Origin: Terriglobia bacterium
GTDB lineage: Bacteria; Acidobacteriota; Terriglobia; Acidiferrales; UBA7541
DNA: 44,542 nucleotides
Reading direction: 5' to 3'
NCBI GenBank assembly: GCA_041483755.1
Contig: JBGPGF010000001.1
Location: 1-44,542 of the forward strand
Shown: positions 9,737 through 19,678 of the stretch, in pieces
How the letters are laid out: each line of letters starts with the position of its first letter
Position numbering within the stretch: the first letter of the stretch is position 1
Position numbers and translations under genes: made by a program
Notes under the pieces: model-generated
What the model saw: the letters and a program-made list of their open reading frames with translations, nothing else
Told to the model about the DNA's origin: nothing
Databases searched by the model: none

Positions 9737-10837
9737 CTAGTGCACAACGTGGCATGAATGCGTTTTCACCACGAGCCAGACTTCGCGGCCAGTGGCAAGC
9801 TCCAGGCTGCGGCAGGCTCCCGGCGTGAGATGCACGGTGAACGCCGAGCCGCAATCCACTTGCGCGACGACCAGCGTTCCGCGCGTCTCTAGCGATTGAA
9901 TTCGTCCGGGCAAGATATTGCGCGCGCTCAACCCGACAGGCCGTTGCGCCGCCAGCAAGATGTCACCGGCGCGAATCGCCAGGCGCACGCGATCCCCCGC
10001 CGCGGCTCTTCCCAGGGGCACCTCGAGTTCCGCGCCGCCTGCGAGCCGGGCGCGCATCACGCCGTCTTGACCACGCAGTTCCGCAATCACTGCGTCGAGA
10101 ATATTTTCGAAGCCCGCGGCTTGCGCCAGTGCATGCCGCCGCGGCGCGTCGAGGACATCGCGCGGCGCTCCCGTGGCAATGACGCGTCCTTTGTCCAGCA
10201 CAACCACGCGCTCGCCTAGCGCGTCCACCTCTTCGCGGCTGTGGGTGACGTAGAGAATCGGCAAGCGCCGCGCCGCATTCCACACGCGCAAGTCATCCAC
10301 GATCGCGGATTTCACGTCCGCGTCGAGCGCCGAGAGCGGCTCATCGAGAAGCAGCACGCGCGGTGCCGTAACCAATGCACGGGCCAGCGCTACGCGCTGC
10401 CGCTCGCCGCCGGAGAGCTCTCCCGGCTTGCGGCCGGCGAGCGCACCTACTCGAAATGTTTCCAGGATTTCCGCCACGCGCGCGCGGCGGTCGTCTTTCC
10501 CCAAATGGGCAATGCCATAGCCGGTGTTTTCGGCGACCGTCAAGTGCGGGAAGAGCGCGGGTGATTGGAAGAGATACGCTACCTGTCGTTTCTGCGGCGG
10601 CAGATTCGTTCCCACGGCGGAATCAAAGAGCGCAAACTCGCCGGCGGCAATTCGTCCGGCGCCGGGACGCGTCAATCCGGCGATGCAATCGAGCAGCGTG
10701 GATTTGCCCGCGCCGGAGGGGCCGAAGAGAATCGTGATCCCCGGCGGCGCTTCGACCTTGACATCGAGCGCGAAGGGCGGCCCACCCGCGCCGCGAAAAT
10801 CCTTGCGGACGCGCGCGACGAGCGAAGGGATTGTCAT
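9737..10837 (-). CDS. modC: Molybdate ABC transporter ATP-binding protein
   Basis: Walker A GPSGAGKS, LSGGERQRVA, LLLDEP, C-terminal TOBE (SARN); ATGA overlap with the modB stop. Confidence 0.93.
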   Translation of the reverse strand: MTIPSLVARVRKDFRGAGGPPFALDVKVEAPPGITILFGPSGAGKSTLLDCIAGLTRPGAGRIAAGEFALFDSAVGTNLPPQKRQVAYLFQSPALFPHLTVAENTGYGIAHLGKDDRRARVAEILETFRVGALAGRKPGELSGGERQRVALARALVTAPRVLLLDEPLSALDADVKSAIVDDLRVWNAARRLPILYVTHSREEVDALGERVVVLDKGRVIATGAPRDVLDAPRRHALAQAAGFENILDAVIAELRGQDGVMRARLAGGAELEVPLGRAAAGDRVRLAIRAGDILLAAQRPVGLSARNILPGRIQSLETRGTLVVAQVDCGSAFTVHLTPGACRSLELATGREVWLVVKTHSCHVVH

Positions 10838-11520
10838 TGCGTGGTCCACGGCGCCCATCCGCGGCGCCCCGCGTGGCGATTCACGGCATAGACAGTACAA
10901 AGCGCCGTGAACGAAAGAATGAGCAGCACCAACGCCATGCGATTCGCTTGGGTGTATTCGAACGCCTGCACGGAATCGTAGATGGCGATGGAAACCGTGC
11001 GCGTCACTCCTGGAAGATTCCCGCCGACCATCAACACGACGCCGAATTCGCCCAGCGTATGCGCGAAGCTCAGCACAAACGCCGTGACCAATCCCGGGAA
11101 GGAGAGGGGGAGCACGATGCGGAAGAAAGTTCGCAGCGGCGAGGCGCCGAGAATCGCCGACGCCTGCCGCAGCTTGGGGTCCACGCCGCGAAACGCGCCG
11201 ACCAGCGGCTGCACGGCAAACGGCAAGCTATAAAGCAGCGATGCGAGGACTAGTCCTCCAAACGTGAAGGCAAGCCCGTGGCCGAAAACAGATTGCCACA
11301 GGCGGCCCAGGGGGCTTCGCGGGCCCATCGCCACAAGCGCGTAAAACCCCAGCACCGTCGGCGGCAAGACCAGCGGCAAAGTCACCACGGCTTCGATCAG
11401 GAAGCGCCCGCGCCAGCGTCCATAGGCCAGCCACGCCGCCAGCGGCAAACTGATCGTCAAGAGCACCAGCGACACCACAGCCGCAAGGCGCAGCGACAAC
11501 AGGAGTGCGGGAAAGTTCAT
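10834..11520 (-). CDS. modB: Molybdate ABC transporter permease
   Basis: LPLVLPPTVLGFY and FAHTLGEFGVVLMVGGNLPG motifs. Confidence 0.96.
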   Translation of the reverse strand: MNFPALLLSLRLAAVVSLVLLTISLPLAAWLAYGRWRGRFLIEAVVTLPLVLPPTVLGFYALVAMGPRSPLGRLWQSVFGHGLAFTFGGLVLASLLYSLPFAVQPLVGAFRGVDPKLRQASAILGASPLRTFFRIVLPLSFPGLVTAFVLSFAHTLGEFGVVLMVGGNLPGVTRTVSIAIYDSVQAFEYTQANRMALVLLILSFTALCTVYAVNRHAGRRGWAPWTTQ

Positions 11521-12332
11521 TTCGGGCTCGCGGACTTGGGCTGGTCCTGCGCGCCACTCGCCTGTGGGACGGCAAAGCCGTATTTCTCCAAGATGGATCG
11601 CCCGGCAGCGCTCTTTACGAACTCGAGGAACGCCCGCGCCGCTTCCTTCTTCGCGGAGGCCTTCAGCACGACGGCTCCCTGCTCGATGGGCGGATGCGTG
11701 TTCGCCGGAATGAGCCAGACTGTGCCCTTGTCTTTCAGCGCCGGCGAAGACGCGAGTGACAGCGCAAGAATCCCCGCCTGCGCGTTGCCTGATTCGACGA
11801 ACTGGGCGGCCTGCGAAATATTTTCACCATAGACCAGCTTTGCTTCGACCTTTTCGTAGATGCCCGCGCTCTTCAGCGCCGCGACCGCCGCGCGCCCGTA
11901 TGGCGCGTGCTGCGGATTGGCGATGGCGATCTTCTGCACCGCGGGATCGAGCAGCGCGTTCCAGCCGCGCTTCGGCAAATCCACCGGCGAGGCTACGGGA
12001 ACCCAGATGACAATTTGTCCCACGGCGTAGTTGTAGAGAGTCTTCGGCTCAGCCAGTCCCGCCGCTTCAAGCTTTCGCGGATAATCAATATCCGCGGAGA
12101 AAAAGAGATCAAATGGCGCGCCATTCTGAATCTGCGCGAAGAAATTGCCCGAGGAGCCGTACGTCGCGCTCACCTTGTGACCGGTCTGCGCCTCGAATTG
12201 CGCCGCAATATCCTCCAAGGCGAATTTCAAATCCGATGCGGCAGCGACGGTGATCTTCTCTGCGTGCGCAGCTTGGGCGGCCAACAACCAGGCGAGAGTC
12301 AGCATCAAGAGCAGATTCGTTCGACTTTTCAC
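11517..12332 (-). CDS. modA: Molybdate ABC transporter substrate-binding protein
   Basis: Signal peptide; VAAASDL, GSSG, GAPFDLFFSAD, APYGRAA, GENISQ motifs. Confidence 0.96.
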   Translation of the reverse strand: MKSRTNLLLMLTLAWLLAAQAAHAEKITVAAASDLKFALEDIAAQFEAQTGHKVSATYGSSGNFFAQIQNGAPFDLFFSADIDYPRKLEAAGLAEPKTLYNYAVGQIVIWVPVASPVDLPKRGWNALLDPAVQKIAIANPQHAPYGRAAVAALKSAGIYEKVEAKLVYGENISQAAQFVESGNAQAGILALSLASSPALKDKGTVWLIPANTHPPIEQGAVVLKASAKKEAARAFLEFVKSAAGRSILEKYGFAVPQASGAQDQPKSASPK

Positions 12333-12361
12333 GAGTCACCAGCCACGAGTCACGCTCCTGC

Positions 12362-12778
12362 TCACATCCGCAAGATCATGACTTCCGTGGCCTTGACCAG
12401 GGCCGCGGCGCGCTCGCCGGGCTTGAGCCGCATTTCCCGCGCCGCATCGGCGGTGATGATGGCGGTGATACGCTGCTCGCCGATCGCCAGGGTCACCTGC
12501 GCCAGCAAGCCTTCGATCTTCAACGCGACCACGCGCCCGATGAGCTGATTCCGCCCGCTGATCTGCCGGAAGCCTCCACGCCGCTTCTTCAGGTCGCCGC
12601 GCTCCAGTTTCTTTGGAATCAGCCGGTCAATCTCGCTCTCCGGCACGCGGTGGTGCCCGCCGGGCGTCTTGGCCGTGCGCAGCTTCTTCTTGTAGATCCA
12701 CTGTTTCAGCGTCGGGTAGCTGATCCCCAGGATTTTCGCCGCTTCCCGCGGCGACAGAAGCCGTGCAGACATCTTCAT
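12362..12778 (-). CDS. Molybdate-responsive regulator (excisionase-type HTH plus TOBE domain)
   Basis: LSPREAAKILGISYPTLKQWI HTH, TPGGHHR, ISGRNQL TOBE; heads the mod operon. Confidence 0.9.
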   Translation of the reverse strand: MKMSARLLSPREAAKILGISYPTLKQWIYKKKLRTAKTPGGHHRVPESEIDRLIPKKLERGDLKKRRGGFRQISGRNQLIGRVVALKIEGLLAQVTLAIGEQRITAIITADAAREMRLKPGERAAALVKATEVMILRM

Positions 12779-12888
12779 GCCTCTCTTCGTAAAATGTGGA
12801 ACAGCATAATAGTACGATTCTATTCGTCATTACAATACGATTATATATCTTTAGTGGGCAGATGGAAGACCTCTTTACGGAGCGCCTT

Positions 12889-13118
12889 CTAGGCGAGGTC
12901 CAGAAGTTCCAAGTACCGCTCCCGGCTGATGCGGGCGGTGCGCAACACGTTCTTGATTATGAAAACCGGCAGCTCGTCGTAGCGCGGAACAACCAAGGGC
13001 CGCAGGATTCCTTCCTTGCTGAAAATCATATGATCGCTCGCTCGCGAACTAGGACAAATCCGTCCAGCTCCAGAACGCGGACCAATTTGCGCCAGGGAGT
13101 GGGGATGATTCGGGACAT
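12889..13118 (-). pseudogene. hicA: HicA-family mRNA interferase toxin, frameshifted
   Basis: MSRIIPTPWRKLVRVLELDGFVLVRER, then in the shifted frame DHMIFSKEGILRPLVVPRYDELPVFIIKNVLRTARISRERYLELLDLA*; span 230 nt, one short of a whole number of codons. Confidence 0.82.
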
Positions 13119-13130
13119 CGCACCGCCCCG

Positions 13131-13439
13131 CTAAGCAGCGGGGAGCGTCAGGCGGATTCTTTCGCGCGCGAGGATCGGACGTGGCCGGTAAGTTTTCCCG
13201 CGCTGTTCAAACCCCGCCTCCGTCAAGATTTCTTCCAGGGTTCCCATGCGGGCCGCCTCCTCGATGAAGAGGGAAACAGCTTCGCGCAGGCGCGACTTGG
13301 CCTGGGTGGCCGTTCGCCCGCAACTGGAGACATCGAGTTCCGGCGTGTAGGCGACATGGGATCCCGTTTCTTTCCAAACCTGGACGCTAAGGGCGATGTC
13401 CCTTTCCCGGTGTTTTGCGGAGAAAACCGAGCTAGCCAT
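13131..13439 (-). CDS. hicB: HicB-family antitoxin
   Basis: VAYTPELDVSSCGRTATQAKSRLREAVSLFIE matches the HicB N-terminal pattern; directly upstream of the hicA-like frame. Confidence 0.85.
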   Translation of the reverse strand: MASSVFSAKHRERDIALSVQVWKETGSHVAYTPELDVSSCGRTATQAKSRLREAVSLFIEEAARMGTLEEILTEAGFEQRGKTYRPRPILARERIRLTLPAA

Positions 13440-13545
13440 ATGGTTATGGTAAGCCCCAGCGGATACGGGATCAAACGAGAATCGCTTCTGGATATCACAA
13501 ACACGGATCGCGCGGCGACGAGGGAAAGAATGGCATGCCGGAGTA

Positions 13546-16005
13546 TTAATTCCGCAGCGGCTTTCCGGTCTTGAGGGTGTGGGCGATGCGCTCCTGCGTT
13601 CTCTTCTCGCCACAGAGGGAGACGAACGCTTCGCGCTCGAGGTCGAGGATGTATTGCTCGCTGACTATTTGCGGCGCGGTCAGCGGGCCCCCGGCCAAAA
13701 TGTTGGCGAGCTTGCGCGCGACGTGGGCGTCGTAATCGGAAATGTATCCGCCGCGGAGCATCATGTGAACCGCCAGCTTGGCGCCGCTCAGAAATTGCTC
13801 GCCGAGGACGCGAATCTGCGTCGCGACAGCGCCTTCCGCGGGGCTGGCAGACGCCGGGCGGTATCCCGCGCGGGTCATCGCCAGGGCCACTTCCTTGGCA
13901 TCAGCGACCAAGCGGTCGCGGTTCATCGAGATTCCGTCTTCGCGGCGCAGAAAACCGAAGTCGCGGCACTCCTCGGCGCTCGTTCCGACCTTGGCCATGG
14001 CAATCGTTTCAAATACAGGCTTCAGCGCGTGAAATAGATCGAGGTCGAGTTCCGCAAACATGGAAGAGGACAGGCTGAAGCCTGTCCCACTGGTGACTCG
14101 TTCGTTTGCGCGAATGAGCATCTCTTTGGTTCCCCCGCCACCGGGAATCAGACCCACGCCCGTTTCGACGAGTCCGATGTAGGCCTCCGCCGCGGCCTGA
14201 ATCCGCGGCGCGTGCAAAGTAATCTCGCAGCCTCCACCGAGCGCCATGCCCTGCGGGGCGACGACGACGGGCTTTCGCGCATACTTGATGGCGAGATTCA
14301 CGTTCTGGAATTGGCGCACGGCGAGGTGCAGCTCGTCCCACTCCTGCTCCTGCGCGGCGACGAGAACCAGCATCAGGTTTGCGCCAACGCAAAAGTTCAC
14401 CGCCTGGTTGGCAATGACCATGGCGTCGAAATCGCTTTCGAGCCGCTTCAGCCCTTTGTGCATCATCGAAACCAGATCCGCGCCAATAGCATTCATCTTG
14501 GCGTGGAATTCGCAGCACACCACACCGTCGCCGAGGTCAATCAAGCTGGCGCCGGCGTTGCGCTCGATCTCCCGGCCGGCGTCTTTCAATGATTTCAGAA
14601 TTAGGACGCCCGCGGGCTCTTCGACGGGTTTCGCCGCGCCGCCAGCCAGATCGAAACAGCTCGTTTTGCCTTTTTCCGATTCGTAGAATGACGCGCGCCC
14701 CGACGACAGAAGCTTGGCGAGCACAGGCGGGAGCGCGCGGCCTTCTTTTTCCACTTGCGCCGCGAACGCGCGCACGCCAATCGTGTCCATCAACTCGAAG
14801 GGTCCCAGCTCCCATCCGAATCCCCAGCACATGGCGCGGTCCACGTCCACGATGCTGTCCGCGATTTCCGGCACGCGCCGCGCCGCGTAGAGGCACATCT
14901 CCGAAAGCGCGCCCCAAAGAAACTCCTGCGCTTTATCGCCCTTCTGCCCGGCCAGCACCGGTCCAACGAGCGCGCGCAGCCGCTCGCGCGTGTCCTCAAG
15001 CGTTTTGCCCATCTCGAGCGAAGCGTAGCGCGCCTTCTGCCGCGGCCGGTATTCCATGGTGTTCACATCGAGGGTCAGAATCTCTTTTTCGCCCGCACCC
15101 TTCACCTTCTTGTAAAAACCCTGCCCCGTTTTTTCGCCCAGCCAGCCGCGTTTCGCCATCTCTTCCACAAGCGCCGGCACGCGGTACATTTCACGCGACT
15201 CGTCATTGGGCACGTTTTCGTAGATGTTCTTCACGACGTTGATGAGCACGTCGAGTCCGACGATGTCCACGGTGCGGAACGTCGCGGATTTGGGCCAGCC
15301 GACCGCCGGGCCGGTGCAAGCGTCCACTTCCTCGACGGTCATACCGAGCGAAGCCATCAGCCGCAGCGCGTTCAGCATCGAAAATGTTCCAACGCGATTG
15401 GCGATGAAATTGGGCGTGTCCTTGGCGACGACGACGCCTTTGCCGAGGCGGCGGTCGCAGAATTCGCCGAGCGTCTCGATCACATCGGGCAGCGTCTTCG
15501 GTCCGGGAATCAGCTCGACGAGCTTCAAATAACGCGGCGGATTGAAGAAATGCGTGCCCGCCCAATGCTGCTGAAATTCTTCGGGCAGACCATCGGCGAT
15601 GAGGTGAATGGGCAAGCCGGACGTATTTGTCGTGACGATCGCGCCGGGCTTGCGGTGCTGCGCGACGCGCGCCAAAAGCCCGCGCTTGATTTCGAGCCTT
15701 TCCGCGACGGCTTCGATGATCCAGTCCGCTTCGGCGCAGCGCGCCAGGTCATCCTCGAAATTTCCGATGGCGATACGCTCGGCCAGCGGCGCATGGAAAA
15801 ACGCCGCGGGCCGCGACTTCTTTGCCGCCTCCAGCCCCGCGCGCACGATGCGATTTCTGTCTGCTGCGGGGGCACCAGGGGTCAAATCCGGCGGCACGAT
15901 ATCCAGGAGGAGGCACGGCAAGCCCGCGTTGGCGAAGTGCGCGGCGATGCGCGCGCCCATCGTTCCCGCCCCCAGAACCACCGCGCGTTCAATGCGCCGT
16001 TTCAT
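13546..16005 (-). CDS. fadN: 3-hydroxyacyl-CoA dehydrogenase / enoyl-CoA hydratase (FadN-like)
   Basis: GAGTMG Rossmann motif, [13 protein letters not shown], crotonase GMALGGGCE and [16 protein letters not shown]-terminal TGKPLRN. Confidence 0.92.
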   Translation of the reverse strand: MKRRIERAVVLGAGTMGARIAAHFANAGLPCLLLDIVPPDLTPGAPAADRNRIVRAGLEAAKKSRPAAFFHAPLAERIAIGNFEDDLARCAEADWIIEAVAERLEIKRGLLARVAQHRKPGAIVTTNTSGLPIHLIADGLPEEFQQHWAGTHFFNPPRYLKLVELIPGPKTLPDVIETLGEFCDRRLGKGVVVAKDTPNFIANRVGTFSMLNALRLMASLGMTVEEVDACTGPAVGWPKSATFRTVDIVGLDVLINVVKNIYENVPNDESREMYRVPALVEEMAKRGWLGEKTGQGFYKKVKGAGEKEILTLDVNTMEYRPRQKARYASLEMGKTLEDTRERLRALVGPVLAGQKGDKAQEFLWGALSEMCLYAARRVPEIADSIVDVDRAMCWGFGWELGPFELMDTIGVRAFAAQVEKEGRALPPVLAKLLSSGRASFYESEKGKTSCFDLAGGAAKPVEEPAGVLILKSLKDAGREIERNAGASLIDLGDGVVCCEFHAKMNAIGADLVSMMHKGLKRLESDFDAMVIANQAVNFCVGANLMLVLVAAQEQEWDELHLAVRQFQNVNLAIKYARKPVVVAPQGMALGGGCEITLHAPRIQAAAEAYIGLVETGVGLIPGGGGTKEMLIRANERVTSGTGFSLSSSMFAELDLDLFHALKPVFETIAMAKVGTSAEECRDFGFLRREDGISMNRDRLVADAKEVALAMTRAGYRPASASPAEGAVATQIRVLGEQFLSGAKLAVHMMLRGGYISDYDAHVARKLANILAGGPLTAPQIVSEQYILDLEREAFVSLCGEKRTQERIAHTLKTGKPLRN
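14068..14091 (-). repeat. GTGG-type REP-like palindrome inside fadN
   Basis: Minus strand reads AGTG-GGACAGGC-TTCA-GCCTGTCC, a perfect 8-bp stem. Confidence 0.55.
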
Positions 16006-16123
16006 GCGACACTCTCTCCTGCATTCTTGCGCCGAATGGCAGGTTACAGAAGCGGCATACCGCGGTCAAACGAAAACCTGCCCTTTCCCCTGCCACGTTA
16101 GAGTGCTATGGGAGTTGCAGCCG

Positions 16124-17008
16124 ATGCTCGGACGCAAGGTCACACAAACGCTGGACTGGATCCGCGGCGCCGCGGAGAAGGTGCGGACGTTTACCCATGG
16201 TGGAGAAGCCATCGCGGGGCAAGTGCAGCCTCGCGTGGGCGTGGCGCTCGCCGGTGGATTCGCGCGGGGAATTGCGCACATTGGCGTGTTGCGCGTATTG
16301 CGCGAAGCAGGCATTCCCATTGATTGCGTGGCGGGCACAAGCGTCGGCGCGCTGGTCGGCGCAGCTTTCTGCGCGGGCGTGCCTTTTGAAAAAATGGAAG
16401 AAATCGGGAAGGAGACGCACTTCGCCGATTTCGGACGTTGGACGCCGTCCTGGCTGGGCCTCGCCACCAATAAACGACTGGAAGGCTATCTCGAAAAATT
16501 CACGCCGGCGCGAACGTTTGAAGAGCTGACCACGCCGTTCGCCATTGCCGCAACGGATCTGAACGCCGGCTTGACGGTGTACTACACGCGCGGGCCGCTG
16601 GGGCCGCCGCTGCGGGGCTCGTGCGCCTATCCGGGTCTGTTCGTGCCCATCGAATACGAGGGCCGCACGCTGGTGGATGGTTTTCTGACCGCGGCCGTGC
16701 CGGTGGAAGGCGTTTTGATGCTCGGCGCGGACCTGGTGATCGCGGTCTATCTGGAAGCAGGCAACATTCAGAATCCACGCACGTTCACCGACGTGATCAG
16801 CCGTTCGTTCAATATTATCCAGAAGCACGCCGATCTGAGCTGGCGGCAGCAAACCGATGTCGTCATTGAGCCGGACGTCGCGCCCTTCGTGTGGGACGAC
16901 TTCACGCGCACGCCGGAAATGGTCGCCGCGGGCACCGCCGCCGCGCTCAAGGCGCTGCCGCAAATTCGCGCCAAGGTGGCCGCCTACGCCGTCGAGGCTG
17001 GAAAATAA
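16124..17008 (+). CDS. Patatin-like phospholipase
   Basis: GGFARG glycine-rich motif, GTSVG nucleophile elbow, LVDG catalytic Asp. Confidence 0.93.
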   Translation: MLGRKVTQTLDWIRGAAEKVRTFTHGGEAIAGQVQPRVGVALAGGFARGIAHIGVLRVLREAGIPIDCVAGTSVGALVGAAFCAGVPFEKMEEIGKETHFADFGRWTPSWLGLATNKRLEGYLEKFTPARTFEELTTPFAIAATDLNAGLTVYYTRGPLGPPLRGSCAYPGLFVPIEYEGRTLVDGFLTAAVPVEGVLMLGADLVIAVYLEAGNIQNPRTFTDVISRSFNIIQKHADLSWRQQTDVVIEPDVAPFVWDDFTRTPEMVAAGTAAALKALPQIRAKVAAYAVEAGK

Positions 17009-17014
17009 ATCTCT

Positions 17015-17058
17015 GGCGCGGCCCTTTATTCCTCAGGGTGAACAAGCAGCGCCCCTAC
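17015..17058. repeat. Degenerate GTAG-type REP-like element between convergent genes
   Basis: Minus strand begins GTAGGGGCGCTGCTTG; the partner arm GGCGC is separated by an internal CCCT...AGGG mini-hairpin. Confidence 0.4.
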
Positions 17059-17078
17059 AAGACGCGCGCCCCGCAAAA

Positions 17079-17348
17079 TCATTCGGGGCGCAAAATACGC
17101 GCCTCGACCGTAACCGGCTGGCCGTTGCCCTTGCCGCGCTGTGTGAGCCACGCGCCGAACGCCTCGGCGAAGCGTTCCGGCGTCACGCGGAAGCTTACTT
17201 CGACGCGGCCATCACCCAACGGGAGCGTGTCGTCAAATTCCACCGCATTCGTGAAATTCCTCATGCAGAAGGCGTCCAGCCACTCGAGCGGACACGCTTG
17301 CCGCTCCCCGCCAATCACCACGTCTACCGCCAGCTTCCGCGCGTACAT
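17079..17348 (-). CDS. Small hypothetical protein
   Basis: 89-aa ORF MYARKLAVDVVIGG...CPLEWLDAFCMRNFT filling the gap between patatin and rpmE. Confidence 0.7.
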   Translation of the reverse strand: MYARKLAVDVVIGGERQACPLEWLDAFCMRNFTNAVEFDDTLPLGDGRVEVSFRVTPERFAEAFGAWLTQRGKGNGQPVTVEARILRPE

Positions 17349-17494
17349 GCCGCCAGTATAGCGGACCGGACGCATTTGGCGCTGCGGCCGTTTTCGCGTA
17401 CAATTGCAGATTGCTTCGCGACCTAGCGACGCGGCTGTAGCTCCTGGCCTTGCCGGGGATGCCGCGCAGACCGGCCGCGACCGATGGGAGCCTC

Positions 17495-17728
17495 ATGAAG
17501 CCCGGCATTCACCCCGACTATCACGCTGTGACCGTGCACTGCGCCTGCGGGCACAATTTTCCAACTCGCTCGACGATCAAGGGCGATACCCTGCGCGTGG
17601 AAATCTGCTCGAATTGCCACCCGTTCTTCACCGGCAAGCAGAAGCTGCTGGACACCGCCGGCCGCGTGGAACGCTTCACCCGGAAGTACGCCGAAGCCAA
17701 GGCCAAAGCCGACGCGCTGAAGAAGTAG
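17495..17728 (+). CDS. rpmE: 50S ribosomal protein L31, zinc-ribbon type
   Basis: [12 protein letters not shown] and [19 protein letters not shown]. Confidence 0.98.
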   Translation: MKPGIHPDYHAVTVHCACGHNFPTRSTIKGDTLRVEICSNCHPFFTGKQKLLDTAGRVERFTRKYAEAKAKADALKK

Positions 17729-17894
17729 CCCCGCTCTCTGGCAATGGCTGAGTTTCCGATATCCCGACTTACTCTAAGGCCCAAGGACAGATTCTCTCAC
17801 CAAGGAGTCAGCTTACGGTGAATACCCCTTGACGCTGGGGGCTGCCCGGAACAGAATCCTCCCAAATTGCCCACGGAAGGGAGGCTTTTCAAAC

Positions 17895-19013
17895 ATGCGC
17901 ACTCGCCAGGCTGACCGCATTCGCGTCGTTGTGTTTTTGCTTGTGCCTTTTCTCGCTGTCGCAGTCCAAGTGGCCGAAGGGCAGGAGCCGCAGAAGAGCC
18001 AGGCAGTTTACGTCCTTCGCCCGCACGACAAGTCGGTCGCGCTTCCCGACAAACTGGGAGGCCTTCCGGTGAAGATTGTCGATGCGATTCCTGATCCTCC
18101 CGCCGCCCGCTCAGAACCCTTGCGACCGGAGGAGCTACGTGCGGCGCTCACGCCATCCCCGGAACTCCAGATGACCGCGAAGGATCGCAAGCGCCTGGTC
18201 GAGATAAACCGCTCCCTGAGCATGATCCGGAAGTCGGGCGCGCCCGCGGCGGCTGCGCCTCTCTGCGGCAACCATGAAGTCATCGGCACGGTCCTTCCCG
18301 GCGTGCCGCTCCAACCCTCTGATACCGTCGGCACCTGGGTCACTATGCCCATCGCTGAAAATGGGATCCAGGGGCTCTCCGGTACGCTGTTCACGACGTT
18401 CTCGAATATCGCCGCCCAGACGCTCGAAGTCATCGGAAATTATGGAACCGGGAATGAAGCCCTGCTCTCCGTGTTCGACTGGTCATGTGTCGATGGGAAA
18501 CAAGGCTATTCGGTGGCGAACCCGAGCTGCGATTCCGATCATCCTTGGTTCGGGAAAAGCCAAGGGGACATTCCGTCACACTACAAGTTCTACTACTGGG
18601 ACTGCTGCAAATGGCAGAAGGCTTTCGCGCTAGCCAATAAATCGAGCTATGTGCATTTTGTGGTTAACCTGCCCTTCCCAGGCGGCCAAATCGTAGTCAC
18701 GGGATATCTGAATGAAGCCAAGATTCTGAACTGGGACACGTTGAAGTGGGACACGTATTACTCCCGCATCTTCCAGGATCGCGACTTGCAGCCTCCGCGT
18801 CCGTGGGGCCCGACCGCCTTCCTCGAGTTTGTCTCTAATTCTGGGTGTCCCGATGTCCCCCGGCTGGGCTTCCGCGAAGTGCGCTTTCTCTCTCCAGGCG
18901 CGCCGTGGACTCTTGCCGTTCCAGCAAACACAACCATGCGTTTTGACCTGCCTGACAATTACCGGTACTGTCTTTTCGATCCAAACCACACATGGTGCGT
19001 GTGCCCGAAATGA
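17895..19013 (+). CDS. Secreted Trp/Cys-rich hypothetical protein
   Basis: GGAGG RBS, signal peptide, long ORF with a beta-rich aromatic C-terminal region. Confidence 0.75.
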   Translation: MRTRQADRIRVVVFLLVPFLAVAVQVAEGQEPQKSQAVYVLRPHDKSVALPDKLGGLPVKIVDAIPDPPAARSEPLRPEELRAALTPSPELQMTAKDRKRLVEINRSLSMIRKSGAPAAAAPLCGNHEVIGTVLPGVPLQPSDTVGTWVTMPIAENGIQGLSGTLFTTFSNIAAQTLEVIGNYGTGNEALLSVFDWSCVDGKQGYSVANPSCDSDHPWFGKSQGDIPSHYKFYYWDCCKWQKAFALANKSSYVHFVVNLPFPGGQIVVTGYLNEAKILNWDTLKWDTYYSRIFQDRDLQPPRPWGPTAFLEFVSNSGCPDVPRLGFREVRFLSPGAPWTLAVPANTTMRFDLPDNYRYCLFDPNHTWCVCPK

Positions 19014-19112
19014 CCTGCCGCGACACCACCACACACTGACGTGCACCTGACAGCTGCCGTATCCTGGCGTTCGTTGCCGAAAGGAATGCGGGCAGGGTAG
19101 AATGAATCCAGT

Positions 19113-19199
19113 GCCCGAATGGCGGAATTGGCAGACGCGCCAGGTTCAGGACCTGGTTCTCGCAAGGGAGTGGAGGTTCGAGTCCTCTTTCGGGCACCA
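19113..19199 (+). tRNA. tRNA-Leu (anticodon CAG)
   Basis: Acceptor GCCCGAA/TTCGGGC+ACCA, anticodon arm CCAGG-TTCAGGA-CCTGG, long variable arm, TTCGAGT T-loop; upstream TTGCCG-N18-TAGAAT promoter-like site. Confidence 0.98.
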
Positions 19200-19264
19200 T
19201 AGTTTTTGACGGCAGTTCTTTTTCGATCTGCTTCTGAGCTTTCAGAGTGATTCCCATCCGTCCT

Positions 19265-19410
19265 TAACAGGTTGCTGAAAAGTGTTCTCGCGTCGTCATT
19301 CCGAGCGAAGCGAGGAATCTCTCTTCGAAGAGGATTCAAGAAAAAGAGAGATTCCTCGTCGCTCCGCTCCTCGGAATGACAGACGCAAGGGGTTTTTCAG
19401 CAACCTGCTA
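19265..19410. mobile_element. MITE-like element with nested inverted repeats, copy 1
   Basis: Terminal IR TA(A/G)CAGGTTGCTGAAAA at both ends; internal IR GTCATTCCGAG..CGAGGAATCT / AGATTCCTCG..CTCGGAATGAC; no transposase. Confidence 0.7.
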
Positions 19411-19451
19411 AAGGTTTCTTCGTGGTTCCATTCGGTGGATGGCGGGATTAC

Positions 19452-19560
19452 AAAAATGGGGAGGCGGGCAGGTCTTCCCGCCTCCCCGGCTTCCTCTTTC
19501 GAGGAAGAGTCCGGCTGACCTGACGGAGGGCGGCCAGCCGGGTGTGTGTTGGCCTGCTGA
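19452..19560 (-). ncRNA. Candidate small RNA: three hairpins ending in an intrinsic terminator
   Basis: Minus strand: 10-bp stem with a G-U pair and CCCUCC loop, 7-bp stem with GAAA tetraloop, 11-bp GC stem followed by AUUUUU; 5' end estimated. Confidence 0.55.
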
Positions 19561-19678
19561 ATCAAACCCAAGCCTTCGATGAAAGTTGCGCGTTAACGCC
19601 TCTCGGCGGCAAACATCCCCGAAACGCGCTACAATTCACGCGAAAACCGAGCGTCCCCCCAAGCAGAGCCGCGAAAAA

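Noticed and set aside
12796-13134. 112-aa plus-strand ORF
   Set aside because: Antisense shadow of the frameshifted hicA, which has recognisable family motifs
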